Positions 43,609-53,049 of a stretch of DNA of 64,000 bases are shown piece by piece. The notes beneath the pieces were generated by a model. That model worked only from the letters and a program-made list of their open reading frames with translations. It had not been told where the DNA came from and made no database searches. The first letter of the stretch is position 1; every line of letters begins with the position of its first letter. Position numbers and translations under genes: made by a program. The stretch spans positions 43,577-107,576 of the forward strand of contig CAVPJD010000012.1 of NCBI GenBank assembly GCA_963705165.1, in the 5' to 3' direction. The DNA is from an uncultured delta proteobacterium (GTDB lineage: Bacteria > Desulfobacterota > Syntrophia > Syntrophales > UBA2192).

Positions 43609-45621
43609 ATGCGCGGTGACGATTTCTTCCTCAAGATGGCGACGCGCCCGCCCCTGACGAAACTTCATCCGCAGGTGGCCGATTTCCTGAAGACCTATCT
43701 GCAGGGCGAAAAGGCCATCCCCTTCGGCAAGCATTGGGTCATCAACACCCAGTTCCCGCCCTGGCCCGGCCGGGCCTTCGACAACCTGGTCGATCATTTC
43801 CTGCACGACGAAGGCCGGCGGCTCTACTCGGTGACCCTCGCCGTGACAAACCGCTGCCCCTTCAGCTGCTGGCACTGTTACAACGCCGGCAGAAGCCCCG
43901 AGGACATCCCCCTTGCCGCCCTGAAGCGGCTCGCCGCCAGGATCCAGGACCTGGGCGCCGTCATCGTCACCCTGACGGGCGGCGAGCCCCTGCTGAGAAA
44001 AGACCTCGCCGAGATCTGCCGCGGCTTCGACGATCGCTCGTGCATCACCGTGGGTACGACAGGGTGGCAACTCACAAAAAAACGGGCAACGGAGCTTCGC
44101 GACAGCGGCGTCTTTGCCGTCGGCATCAGCCTCGACAGCGCCGATCGAAACGAGCATAACGGGATGCGCGGCCGCAAAGACGCCTTCGACATCGCCCTGA
44201 AGGGCCTGGAGACGGCCCGGGAGGCCGGCCTGTACCCTTACGTCGTATCCGTCGGCACCCGCGATTTCCTGGAGCGGGAGCGTTTCATGGCCTTCATGCA
44301 CTTCGTGAAAGAAGCGGGGGCACTGGAGGTGCACCTCCTGGAGCCCTGCGCGACGGGGCGCCTTGCCGGCCGCAAGGACGTCGCCCTGACGATTGCCGGG
44401 CGGCAGCTCATCCTGGATTATCAGATGGAGATCTCCCGGCGCGACGACCTGCCGGTCCTGTCAACCTTCACCTACCTGGAGGGCAAGGACGCCTTCGGCT
44501 GCGGCGCGGGCCTGACGCACCTCTACATCGACGGCAGCGGCGAGCTGTGCCCCTGCAACCTCGTGCCTCTCTCCTTCGGCAATGTCACCCGCGAGCCCCT
44601 GGAGGGCATCCTGGAGCGCATGGGAAGACATTTTGCCCGGCCGCGGCCCGCCTGCGCAGGCCGCACGCTCACCCCGCATGCCGGCGATGGCCCCTTCCCC
44701 GTACCGCCGGAGGTCTCCGAGCGCATCTGCAGGGATCACCTGCCGCAGAATCATGCGCTGCCCCGCTTCTTCCGGATCCGGAAAGGCTCCCTCGAGACGG
44801 CGGGTCGCGAGGAGCTGGCCGAGGCCTACGACCGGGTGCACACAAGCTACGACGACGCATGGGTTGCCGTGGCCGGCAAGGCCGTGAGGGATCTCGCAGG
44901 GCGGCTGGGGCTCAAGGGGTCGGAGCGGGTCTTCGAGGCGGGATGCGGCTCGGGCTATGGAACGGCGCTGCTTGCCGAAAGGCTCCGCAACGGGGGAAGC
45001 GTGACGGCAGCCGACATCTCTGCCGGGATGCTGGGACAGGCCCGGAAGCGTATCGCGGCCCTCGGGCTCGCTCACGTCGATTTCATCCTGCAGGACGCCG
45101 TCGAGGCCCTTTCGCGCACGGAAGGGATCGACCTGGTTTTCACAACGTGGGTTCTCGGTTACATCGAGCTTGCACCCTTTTTCAAGGCCGCCTCGCATGC
45201 CCTTAAGCCCGGAGGGCGTCTTGCCATCGTCGTACACCGGGAAAACTCGCCGCGTCGAGAGTTCGAGATCTTCTCGGAACTCGTTGCACGCGAGCCCCTC
45301 GTGCTGACGAAGCGCATCGCCTTCGATTTTCCGCGGGACGGGGCCCATCTGCGGGAAGCAGTGGAACAGGCGGGGCTTGAGGTGATCGACGGGTGGGAAG
45401 GCAGCGCGGTGTTTCGCTGCCGGAACGCACGGGAGGTCCTCGACCATCTCCTGAAATCCGGCGCCGGCACGGTGTTTTATGACGCCATCGATGGCAAGGT
45501 GCGGGATCGTCTGACGGGGGAGTTCCTCTCGATCCTCGGCCGGCGAAACGGCAGGCGCAAGACCTTTGAGGTCAAGCACGACTTTCTGGCCTGCATCGCC
45601 CGGAAACGGGGACGTTGTTGA
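43609..45621 (+). CDS. Radical SAM/SPASM-like protein fused to class I SAM-dependent methyltransferase
   Basis: CPFSCWHC, TGGEP, CGAG...CPC; C-terminal EAGCGSG, DISAGML, LKPGG. Confidence 0.88.
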   Translation: MRGDDFFLKMATRPPLTKLHPQVADFLKTYLQGEKAIPFGKHWVINTQFPPWPGRAFDNLVDHFLHDEGRRLYSVTLAVTNRCPFSCWHCYNAGRSPEDIPLAALKRLAARIQDLGAVIVTLTGGEPLLRKDLAEICRGFDDRSCITVGTTGWQLTKKRATELRDSGVFAVGISLDSADRNEHNGMRGRKDAFDIALKGLETAREAGLYPYVVSVGTRDFLERERFMAFMHFVKEAGALEVHLLEPCATGRLAGRKDVALTIAGRQLILDYQMEISRRDDLPVLSTFTYLEGKDAFGCGAGLTHLYIDGSGELCPCNLVPLSFGNVTREPLEGILERMGRHFARPRPACAGRTLTPHAGDGPFPVPPEVSERICRDHLPQNHALPRFFRIRKGSLETAGREELAEAYDRVHTSYDDAWVAVAGKAVRDLAGRLGLKGSERVFEAGCGSGYGTALLAERLRNGGSVTAADISAGMLGQARKRIAALGLAHVDFILQDAVEALSRTEGIDLVFTTWVLGYIELAPFFKAASHALKPGGRLAIVVHRENSPRREFEIFSELVAREPLVLTKRIAFDFPRDGAHLREAVEQAGLEVIDGWEGSAVFRCRNAREVLDHLLKSGAGTVFYDAIDGKVRDRLTGEFLSILGRRNGRRKTFEVKHDFLACIARKRGRC

Positions 45622-46649
45622 CAAAGTTGACTAACTCATGCTTCTCGATTCATGATTTTTGACACTCCTGACTTCGAGACGCCCACAAGTTTACCGATGC
45701 GTGTCAGTGTCATTCCGGGCTGATTTACCAGTTGCAGGACCAGTTGGGCCCGCAGTTTCGCCACATTTGAACGACGGCTACCCGACAGAAGAGCATCCAT
45801 ACTGAGGCCGGCCCTCCCGCAGGCTTCGAGAATCAGTTCCTCCGGCGATTTTACAACAAGACCCGACGATTTTTTCTTATCCCGGATCAAGCTTCCGACA
45901 AACTTTTCACCGCCGAGGACGCGTCCATCCCTGTCGGGCTCGTCCCGATCTCCCGCGATGCGAAGTCCCTTCAGCCATTCCAGCAAGCTCCAATCCGAGC
46001 GCCATTGACACCTTTTCTCTGTTGCTTCCTCTCGAATTCCACCCTCCAGAAACTCCCGGTAGTTCAGTCTGGCGTCCCTTCTTTTTTCACCAAACCGGGA
46101 TAATACAAAAAATACATCATGCCAAGGATATTGGGTTCCGTTCACCACGAAGGCATGCCCGCACCACGGATAATGATCCAGGCAGGCAAGATCATCTACC
46201 AGGCCCGCCCTGAGCGGGTTGAGATGGATATAACGGATCAATTCCTTGAAATAGACTTCCTCATCGCAAAGAATGGATTTGTAGCGGTTCTGAAAAAGGT
46301 AGCCTTGCCTCTCGTGTCGGCGGTTGTAATAAACGGCGTATCCCGTGAGAAGGCGCCGCATGAACTTCGAGATTCCGAGCGGCCCGCTTCGCATGAGAAC
46401 ATGTGCGTGATTGGGAAGCAGCGCCCACGCATAGATCGTGGTCTCCGACTCTACGGCCACTTTTGCCATTCGCGAGATGAAATTTCTCCGGTCCCCGTCG
46501 TCATCAAAAATCCGCCGCTGCTCGATGCCCCGGACGATGGTGTGGTGGATGGCACCTTCTGCGTCCAATCTCGCTTTTCTCGGCAACGGACACCTCTTGC
46601 GGCGGCAGGGGCCAACATGAGTTAGTCAACTTTGTCAACAACGTCCCCG
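45607..46649. mobile_element. Y1 HUH (RAYT-like) element bounded by perfect 34-bp terminal inverted repeats
   Basis: CGGGGACGTTGTTGACAAAGTTGACTAACTCATG at 45607-45640 and exact reverse complement at 46616-46649. Confidence 0.9.
45636..46586 (-). CDS. REP-associated tyrosine transposase-like (Y1 HUH) protein with C-terminal DnaA-domain-IV-like HTH
   Basis: MPRKAR..HHTIVRG, PNHAH (HUH), LFQNRYKS, RYIHLNP; C-terminal LLSGSRR..VAKLR...MTLTRIG. Confidence 0.9.
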   Translation of the reverse strand: MPRKARLDAEGAIHHTIVRGIEQRRIFDDDGDRRNFISRMAKVAVESETTIYAWALLPNHAHVLMRSGPLGISKFMRRLLTGYAVYYNRRHERQGYLFQNRYKSILCDEEVYFKELIRYIHLNPLRAGLVDDLACLDHYPWCGHAFVVNGTQYPWHDVFFVLSRFGEKRRDARLNYREFLEGGIREEATEKRCQWRSDWSLLEWLKGLRIAGDRDEPDRDGRVLGGEKFVGSLIRDKKKSSGLVVKSPEELILEACGRAGLSMDALLSGSRRSNVAKLRAQLVLQLVNQPGMTLTRIGKLVGVSKSGVSKIMNREA

Positions 46650-46654
46650 GTCTT

Positions 46655-47275
46655 TCAACCGTATTTCAGGACGATCCCCTCGATGATGTTGGAGACATCC
46701 TCGCAGTTGTCCACGGCGTTCTCGACCCGGCCGATGATGTCTTTCACCTTGATCAGCTCGATGGCGTCCTTTTCCTCTTCGAAAAGCCTCGCCATCGCCG
46801 CCCGGAAAATCTGATCCCCTTCATTCTCGAGCGTGTTGATCTCCACGCACAACTGCAGAATCACCGGCGCATTCTCTTTTTTTCTCACGGCTAAGATGAT
46901 CTGCTGGATCTTTGCGATGGCTTCGGTGAGAACCGCCGTGATCTGCACGAGCTCCTTGGCCGGCTCTTTCATCCTGTACAGGTACATCCTCACGGCGGCG
47001 CCCTCGATCTCATCGAGGACACTGTCCATCTTGTTGGCCAGGGAAAAGATGTCCTCCCGGTCCATGGGGGTCAAAAATACCTTGTGCATCCTCTTGTAGA
47101 CCTGGTGGGTGATGTGGTCGGCTTCGTGCTCGATTTCCTTGAGCTTGCCGACCTTGAATTCCGAGTACTCGTAGTTGCCGATGATTTCGGTGTAAAGCTT
47201 TACCCCCTCTACCAGCTTGTCGGCCAGCTCTTCGAAGAGGTCATAATATTTTTCACGGCTCGAGAAGAATTTCAT
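46655..47275 (-). CDS. DUF47 / PhoU-like phosphate transport regulator
   Basis: EHEAD, FLTPMDREDI, LENEGD, DNCEDV. Confidence 0.9.
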   Translation of the reverse strand: MKFFSSREKYYDLFEELADKLVEGVKLYTEIIGNYEYSEFKVGKLKEIEHEADHITHQVYKRMHKVFLTPMDREDIFSLANKMDSVLDEIEGAAVRMYLYRMKEPAKELVQITAVLTEAIAKIQQIILAVRKKENAPVILQLCVEINTLENEGDQIFRAAMARLFEEEKDAIELIKVKDIIGRVENAVDNCEDVSNIIEGIVLKYG

Positions 47276-47359
47276 CTCTGCTCCTGATTCTATGGAATTG
47301 AGGTTCCCCTATATCATAATCCGCGGCCGCAGGACAGGCAGGAAACCGGAGGAGATCCC

Positions 47360-48661
47360 TCAGCCGCCCATCTTCTTTCCCGTTTCACGATACAAGACAT
47401 GCTCCAGAAAAAGCACGGCCAGCACGCCCATCACGAAGCTGTTACCCGCCACAGGGCGGATGACAGGCGGGTAGGACGCGACCACCTCGCCGGGCAGAAA
47501 GGCCACTACGACGGCAACGAGCAGCGGTATCCCCACCACGATACCGCCGTTGAAGCCGGCGCCCCGTTCGTCCTCCATCAGGACCATGATCCCCGCCGCC
47601 ATCTGTGCACAGAGGATGTAGAGCATGGCGCTGCCGACCACGACGGAAGGCACGGCCTCCATGACCGCGATGGCCGCAGGCGAAAAGGCGACGGCGAGCA
47701 TCAGAAGCGCCGCCGGCAAGAGGGCAAAGCGCGACAGGCACCGCGATGATGCCACGACACCGGGACTCAGGGAGTAGTTGACCTGTCCGATGATCCCGAG
47801 AAATCCCGCCGCCAGGTTCGCCAGGCCCGTCACGGCGATTCCCCTCCTGAGCCTTCCTCCCTTGTCGCCATCGCCCACAAAGGCGTTCATCGACTCGATG
47901 GAGCCGATGTCATTGATGGCAAGGGCGATAAAACAGATGAGGAATGCCGCTAGCAGCCCGGGGTCGAAGGAAAGCGACGTTGTGAAGCCGGTGAAGAACA
48001 GGCCGAAGAGGGCCCCGGTGCCGCCGCTCTGCGCCCCGGCACAGCCCAGGCCGAGAACGTACCAGGCGAGCGATCCCGCGACGGTGGCGCTCAGGATCAG
48101 CGTCGAGCGCCAGATGCCGCCCAGGAACCGGTGCAGGACGAGCATCGACAGGCACAGGACGAAGGCAAACAGGACGCTCCAGCGGGGCGTCCCGCCGCCG
48201 CCGAAGCCGGTGATCAGCCGGATGATCGTCGGCGTCAGGGTAAAGGCGATCAGCAAAAGGACGACGGCCACGACGCGCCGGGTGAACAGGCGGCGAATTT
48301 TCCCGAAGAGGCCCGTCCAGGCCAGGATGAAAAGCCCCAGGCCGCCCAGCAGGATCGCCGTGTATAGCGCTGCCGGCTGAGCGCCGGGACTCGACAGGAT
48401 CCCGATGAGGATCACCGTCGATGGGCCGACGATGAGCGGCAGGCCATGCCCCAGGAAAATCTGGATGAGCATGAACAGGGCGGCGACGAAGAACATCTTC
48501 TGCAGGTAAATGAGGGGGTCGCAGGCCCCGGCCGGCCCGACGGTGCAGATGATCTTCCCGAGGATGATGATGGACGGGACGGCCACCGCAAACCACTGCA
48601 GGCCCAGGAAAACCCACTCCAGGGGCGGCGGCCGGTCGTCAAGGCCGTAGCGGAAATTCAT
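47360..48661 (-). CDS. Xanthine/uracil permease (NCS2 family)
   Basis: YGLDDRPP, GLQW, GHGLPLIVGPS; many TM segments. Confidence 0.85.
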   Translation of the reverse strand: MNFRYGLDDRPPPLEWVFLGLQWFAVAVPSIIILGKIICTVGPAGACDPLIYLQKMFFVAALFMLIQIFLGHGLPLIVGPSTVILIGILSSPGAQPAALYTAILLGGLGLFILAWTGLFGKIRRLFTRRVVAVVLLLIAFTLTPTIIRLITGFGGGGTPRWSVLFAFVLCLSMLVLHRFLGGIWRSTLILSATVAGSLAWYVLGLGCAGAQSGGTGALFGLFFTGFTTSLSFDPGLLAAFLICFIALAINDIGSIESMNAFVGDGDKGGRLRRGIAVTGLANLAAGFLGIIGQVNYSLSPGVVASSRCLSRFALLPAALLMLAVAFSPAAIAVMEAVPSVVVGSAMLYILCAQMAAGIMVLMEDERGAGFNGGIVVGIPLLVAVVVAFLPGEVVASYPPVIRPVAGNSFVMGVLAVLFLEHVLYRETGKKMGG

Positions 48662-48796
48662 GCCGCTCCTCTCCTCCCTGGAACTTGACCTTTGCCGCAT
48701 TGCCGGCCGGGGCCCTTCGGTCGAAGACACCGATCCCGTCGCCGCCCAAAGAGAACGTGCCCGGCCTCTTGACTCCATGAAATGTGCTGATAACCC

Positions 48797-48827
48797 GAGT
48801 TTGTCACCTTTGTCACCAACGTCCCCG
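48797..48827. mobile_element. Solo diverged end of the Y1 transposon IR family
   Basis: GAGTTTGTCACCTTTGTCACCAACGTCCCCG, 28/31 identical to the right IR. Confidence 0.8.
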
Positions 48828-48835
48828 ATCTTTAT

Positions 48836-49522
48836 TCAGTCCAGGGCCTTTCTTGCCGCGGCCACGTCGGCAAGCGCCTCGCGGTCGAGGATGGTGATCT
48901 TCTTTCCGCCCACGCGGATCATCCCGGCCTGCGTCATCTTGCCGAGAACGCGCGACAGCGACTCCCCCGTCGTCCCGAGGAGATTGGCGATCAGCCCCTT
49001 CTTGATGTCGAGCTCGAACTCCCCGGCGCCGCCGGCCAGATCGCTTAAGTGAAGAAGGTAGGCCGAAAGCCTCTCCGGCACCCCGCGCAAGGAGAGGTTC
49101 TCGATCGTGGCGGCAAACTCCCTGAGGCGCCGCGACAGAACGGCCAGCATGCCCAGGGCCAGGGCGGGGTTTTTGCGGATCATGTCGAGCAGGCCATCGC
49201 GGGGAATGAACAGGATGCGCCCCGCCTCGATGGCCTGGGCGTTAGCGGGGTAGTTCCCTCCCTGGAAGACGGGGACCTCGGCGAAGGGCTCGCCGGGGCC
49301 CATGATATGGAGGATCTGCTCCTTGCCGTTGGGCGAGAGCTTGAAAATCTTGACGCGGCCCGCGATGACGATGTTGAGCCCCGCCGCCCGGTCGCCGTCG
49401 ATGAAGATCATCTCACCGGCCTTCACCGGGCGGTCGACGGTGATCTCCGAGAGGGCCGTGAGCTCCTCGACGGGAAGCCCCTGGAAGAGGGGAAGATGGG
49501 AGAGAAATTTCAAAATATTCAT
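48836..49522 (-). CDS. hcpR: Crp/Fnr family regulator (HcpR-like)
   Basis: GKEQIL, PGEPFAE, GTTGESLSR; divergent from hcp. Confidence 0.85.
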   Translation of the reverse strand: MNILKFLSHLPLFQGLPVEELTALSEITVDRPVKAGEMIFIDGDRAAGLNIVIAGRVKIFKLSPNGKEQILHIMGPGEPFAEVPVFQGGNYPANAQAIEAGRILFIPRDGLLDMIRKNPALALGMLAVLSRRLREFAATIENLSLRGVPERLSAYLLHLSDLAGGAGEFELDIKKGLIANLLGTTGESLSRVLGKMTQAGMIRVGGKKITILDREALADVAAARKALD

Positions 49523-49642
49523 GCGCTCACTGGATCAATTGGTTCTATTGGTTCAATTTAAAGACTGTTCCATTAGTTCGGCACGCCCCAAAAGGCGTGA
49601 GTCTTAAGTTTCAAGTTTCAAGTTTTAAGCATAAAAAAAAGA

Positions 49643-49698
49643 GTCATTGCGAGCCACGGACCCCGACTTCGTCCGGGGTTATCGATGGAAGAAACAGC
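49643..49698. repeat. 56-bp repeat, inverted relative to 36577-36632
   Basis: Reverse complement match except the hairpin interior and one base. Confidence 0.85.
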
Positions 49699-49707
49699 CT
49701 TCTTCTC

Positions 49708-49761
49708 GTAGGGCCCGATCCCCGATCGGGCTTGTTGGGCCGTTCGGGGAACGGCCCCTAC
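49708..49761. repeat. GTAG-type REP doublet (REPIN-like)
   Basis: GTAG+GCCCGATC..GATCGGGC and GGGCCGTTC..GAACGGCCC+CTAC. Confidence 0.75.
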
Positions 49762-49899
49762 ATTTTTCGACTACGGGTAGTGTTGTTTCTTAGGAGGCAT
49801 GAAATGACCTGGAATCTCTTATCACACACCGCGTACCAGCGCGAACCAATTGAACCAATAGAACGGGTTTTAAGCCCATTTCAATTATATTTCACTTTT

Positions 49900-49913
49900 T
49901 TGATCCGAATCAA
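49900..49913. promoter_or_regulatory. FNR-type box, probable HcpR site upstream of hcp
   Basis: Perfect TTGAT-CCGA-ATCAA; adjacent regulator has an E-x-x-S-R recognition helix. Confidence 0.75.
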
Positions 49914-49989
49914 GGAATTCCGGTTGGATCTGTCGTATTTACCTGTCAAAACACTCACCCGTGCATAAATTGAAGCAAGGAGGCAGTAC

Positions 49990-51618
49990 ATGTTCTGTAA
50001 CCAGTGTGAGCAAACGGCAAAAGGCGAGGCATGCACGAAGGGGGGCGTCTGCGGCAAACCGCATGACGTTGCCGCCCTGCAGGACCTCTTGATCCACGCC
50101 CTCATCGGGCTCTCGATCGCGGCATCCGAAGCGAGGAGGAAGGGGATTGGCGATCACGATGCAGACGTGTTCACGGTGAAGGCGCTCTTTTCGACGCTGA
50201 CCAATGTGAATTTCACCCCGGAGCGCTTTGTCCCCCAGATCCAACAGGCCGTTCAATACCGAAACGGGCTCATCGGGAAGGTCAAGGCCTCAGGCGCAAG
50301 CCCCGATCTTTCCATCGATGCCATGACCTTCAAGCCGTCGGGCACCATGGAAGGGCTCATTGCCCAGGCGGAAACGGTGGGACTGATGGACTACCCGGCG
50401 GCAGGCGCCGACATCCTTTCCCTCAAGCACACCCTGCTCTTCGGGATCAAGGGTCTGGCTGCCTACGCCGATCACGCCCAGATCCTGGGCCAGGAAGATG
50501 CGGCCGTGTACGCCTTCGTCCACGAGGGGCTGGCGGCGCTTGCCGATGAAAAACTCGGCCTCGAGGCGGCCCTGGCGCTCGTGCTCAAGTGCGGCGAGGT
50601 CAACCTGAGAGCCATGGAACTTCTCGATGCGGCCAACACGGGCGCCTACGGGCACCCCGTCCCCACGGCCGTTTCGCTCGGTGCGAAGAAGGGCAAGGCG
50701 ATCCTGGTTTCCGGCCACGATCTCAAGGACCTGGAGGAGCTGCTCAAGCAGACCGAGGGCAAGGGGATCAACATCTACACGCACGGCGAGATGCTCCCCT
50801 GCCACGGCTACCCGAGGCTGAAGAAGTACAGCCACCTCTTCGGGCACTACGGCACGGCCTGGCAGAACCAGGCGAAGGAGTTCGCCGAGTTTCCCGGTGC
50901 GATCCTGATGACCACCAACTGCATCCAGCGCCCCACACCGGCCTACAAGGGCAACATCTTCACGACGGGCCTCGTGGGCTGGCCCGACGTGGCACACATC
51001 GCCGGCAATGACTTCACGCCCGTGATCAAGCGGGCACTTGAGCTTCCCGGATTCACCGGGGACAAAAACGGCAAGTCGGTCATGGTGGGATTTGCCCGCA
51101 ACGCCGTTCTAGGCGTGGCCGACAAGGTCATCGAGGCCGTGAAGGGGAAAAATATCCGGCACTTCTTCCTGGTGGGCGGCTGCGACGGCGCCAAGCCGGG
51201 CAGGAATTACTACACACAGTTCGTCGAACAGGTTCCCAAAGACTGCATCGTGCTGACCCTGGCCTGCGGGAAGTTCCGCTTCTTCGACCAGGACCTGGGG
51301 GCGATCGGCGGCATTCCGAGGCTTCTCGACGTGGGCCAGTGCAACGACGCCTACTCGGCCATCCAGATCGCCGTGGCGCTCTCGAAGGCCTTCGGCGTGG
51401 GCGTCAACGAACTGCCGCTCTCGATGATCCTGTCGTGGTACGAGCAGAAGGCGGCGGCGATCCTGCTCACGCTGCTGGCGCTCGGGATCAAGGACATCCG
51501 CCTGGGGCCCTCGCTTCCGGCCTTCATCACGCCGGGCGTGCTCGACGTGCTCGTGAAGAACTTCGGCATCAAGCCGATCACGACGCCGGAGGCGGACCTG
51601 AAAAGCATCCTGGGCTGA
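49990..51618 (+). CDS. hcp: Hybrid cluster protein (hydroxylamine reductase)
   Basis: MFCNQCEQT..C...GVCGK, SGHDL, THGEMLP, GQCND, SWYEQK. Confidence 0.97.
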   Translation: MFCNQCEQTAKGEACTKGGVCGKPHDVAALQDLLIHALIGLSIAASEARRKGIGDHDADVFTVKALFSTLTNVNFTPERFVPQIQQAVQYRNGLIGKVKASGASPDLSIDAMTFKPSGTMEGLIAQAETVGLMDYPAAGADILSLKHTLLFGIKGLAAYADHAQILGQEDAAVYAFVHEGLAALADEKLGLEAALALVLKCGEVNLRAMELLDAANTGAYGHPVPTAVSLGAKKGKAILVSGHDLKDLEELLKQTEGKGINIYTHGEMLPCHGYPRLKKYSHLFGHYGTAWQNQAKEFAEFPGAILMTTNCIQRPTPAYKGNIFTTGLVGWPDVAHIAGNDFTPVIKRALELPGFTGDKNGKSVMVGFARNAVLGVADKVIEAVKGKNIRHFFLVGGCDGAKPGRNYYTQFVEQVPKDCIVLTLACGKFRFFDQDLGAIGGIPRLLDVGQCNDAYSAIQIAVALSKAFGVGVNELPLSMILSWYEQKAAAILLTLLALGIKDIRLGPSLPAFITPGVLDVLVKNFGIKPITTPEADLKSILG

Positions 51619-51996
51619 TGACGATTCATTGAAAAGCCCGAGCCCTGGTCATGGACCGGGAGATAGGTTAGCGAGCTGCGGAAGAGAGGAAGCGAAGAAG
51701 AGCGGAGTGGACAAAGATATTTTATCCGATCTTCATAACTTCCGTATTTCCTGACTTCGATTATTTCCGTGCCTCTAAAGGGGCACTTACCGGGAACCTT
51801 CCCGCTTCCCCTGACCCTCCGGCGGGAAGGTTCCCTTTATAAAAACGATTCACCATCTGCCTCTCTCCTGTCCGGGACCCCTTCCCTCACAAGGGGCGGG
51901 GGTCCCGGAACAAGGCAGACAATGAAAATTGGATAACCCAGGAGAGGCTCAGAAAAAATCCGGATCAATGGCCCGAAGAGATCGCTTCCGAGATTT

Positions 51997-52090
51997 CCCT
52001 CTCCCTTGACGGGAGAGGGTCAGGGTGAGGGTGAAAAGGCAGTAACCATTCATTCCCCTCACCTCAATCCTCTCCCGCCGGGGGAGAGGA
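51997..52090. repeat. REP-like doublet, CCTCTCCC/GGGAGAGG family
   Basis: Same family as 19444-19525. Confidence 0.8.
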
Positions 52091-52108
52091 AGAATGAGGT
52101 TGAAAGAC

Positions 52109-52846
52109 ATGAACAAGACGAGACCAATCATTGAGATCAACGAGGAACTCTGCAACGGCTGCGGCGAGTGTGTCCCGGCCTGTGCGGAAGGGGCCATCCA
52201 AATCGTCGACGGCAAGGCCAGGCTCGTGAAGGACATGTTCTGCGACGGCCTGGGCGCCTGCCTGGGCGAGTGCCCCACGGGGGCCCTGAAGATCATCGAG
52301 CGCGAGGCCGACGAATTCGACGAGAAGGCCGTACACGAGCACCTGAAGAAAACGAAGGCACCGGCACCCTCCCCCTTCGCCCCTGCGCAGGGCGGCTGCC
52401 CCTCCATGACCCTGCACAGCTTCGCCCCCGCCGCGAAGAAACCGGCGGCATCACCGAAGGGAGCGGCGGAGGCCTCCGGGTCGGCCCTCTCCCACTGGCC
52501 CGTCCAGATCCGGCTGATCCCGCCGACGGCACCCTTCCTGAAAGACGGTGATCTGCTGGTGGCCGCCGACTGCGTGCCCGCCGCCTATGCCGATTTTCAC
52601 CGCGACTTTCTCGACGGGCGCGTGCTGCTGCTGGGCTGCCCCAAGTTCGACGACAAGGCGGAGTATCTCCAGCGCTTCACGGACATCTTCCTGGCAAACG
52701 ACATCAAGAGCGTCAAGGTCCTGCGCATGGAGGTGCCCTGCTGCTCCTTCCTGCTGCCCATCGTGACCGAGGCGGCGCACCAGGCGGGAAAAGATGTCCC
52801 CGTTGAAGAGGTCATCATCACTAGGCGGGGGACGATCGGTGAATAG
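52109..52846 (+). CDS. 4Fe-4S dicluster protein of the type often found beside hcp
   Basis: CNGCGECVPAC, CDGLGACLGECP, WPVQI, GCPK, MEVPCC. Confidence 0.88.
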   Translation: MNKTRPIIEINEELCNGCGECVPACAEGAIQIVDGKARLVKDMFCDGLGACLGECPTGALKIIEREADEFDEKAVHEHLKKTKAPAPSPFAPAQGGCPSMTLHSFAPAAKKPAASPKGAAEASGSALSHWPVQIRLIPPTAPFLKDGDLLVAADCVPAAYADFHRDFLDGRVLLLGCPKFDDKAEYLQRFTDIFLANDIKSVKVLRMEVPCCSFLLPIVTEAAHQAGKDVPVEEVIITRRGTIGE

Positions 52847-52918
52847 AATGCGCGAGCATGCAGATATTTATGGATTAGCGAACTAGTTTGCACAAAGTTC
52901 TTGCGGAGAAGTGAATTT

Positions 52919-52980
52919 GTCATTCCGGACTCGATCCGGAATCCAGTCCCTGTCTGGATTCCTGCCTTCGCAGGAATGAC
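52919..52980. repeat. REP-like doublet GTCATTCCGG...GGAATGAC family
   Basis: Matches 38901-38964. Confidence 0.85.
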
Positions 52981-53049
52981 ATGGCTCGAGTGGCGTCTAT
53001 CTTCGCATCGTACAACACGTAACCTATTTATCGCTTCCCGCACTCAAAC

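Noticed and set aside
48662..48796. Purine riboswitch upstream of the NCS2 permease
   Set aside because: No recognisable purine aptamer consensus by eye
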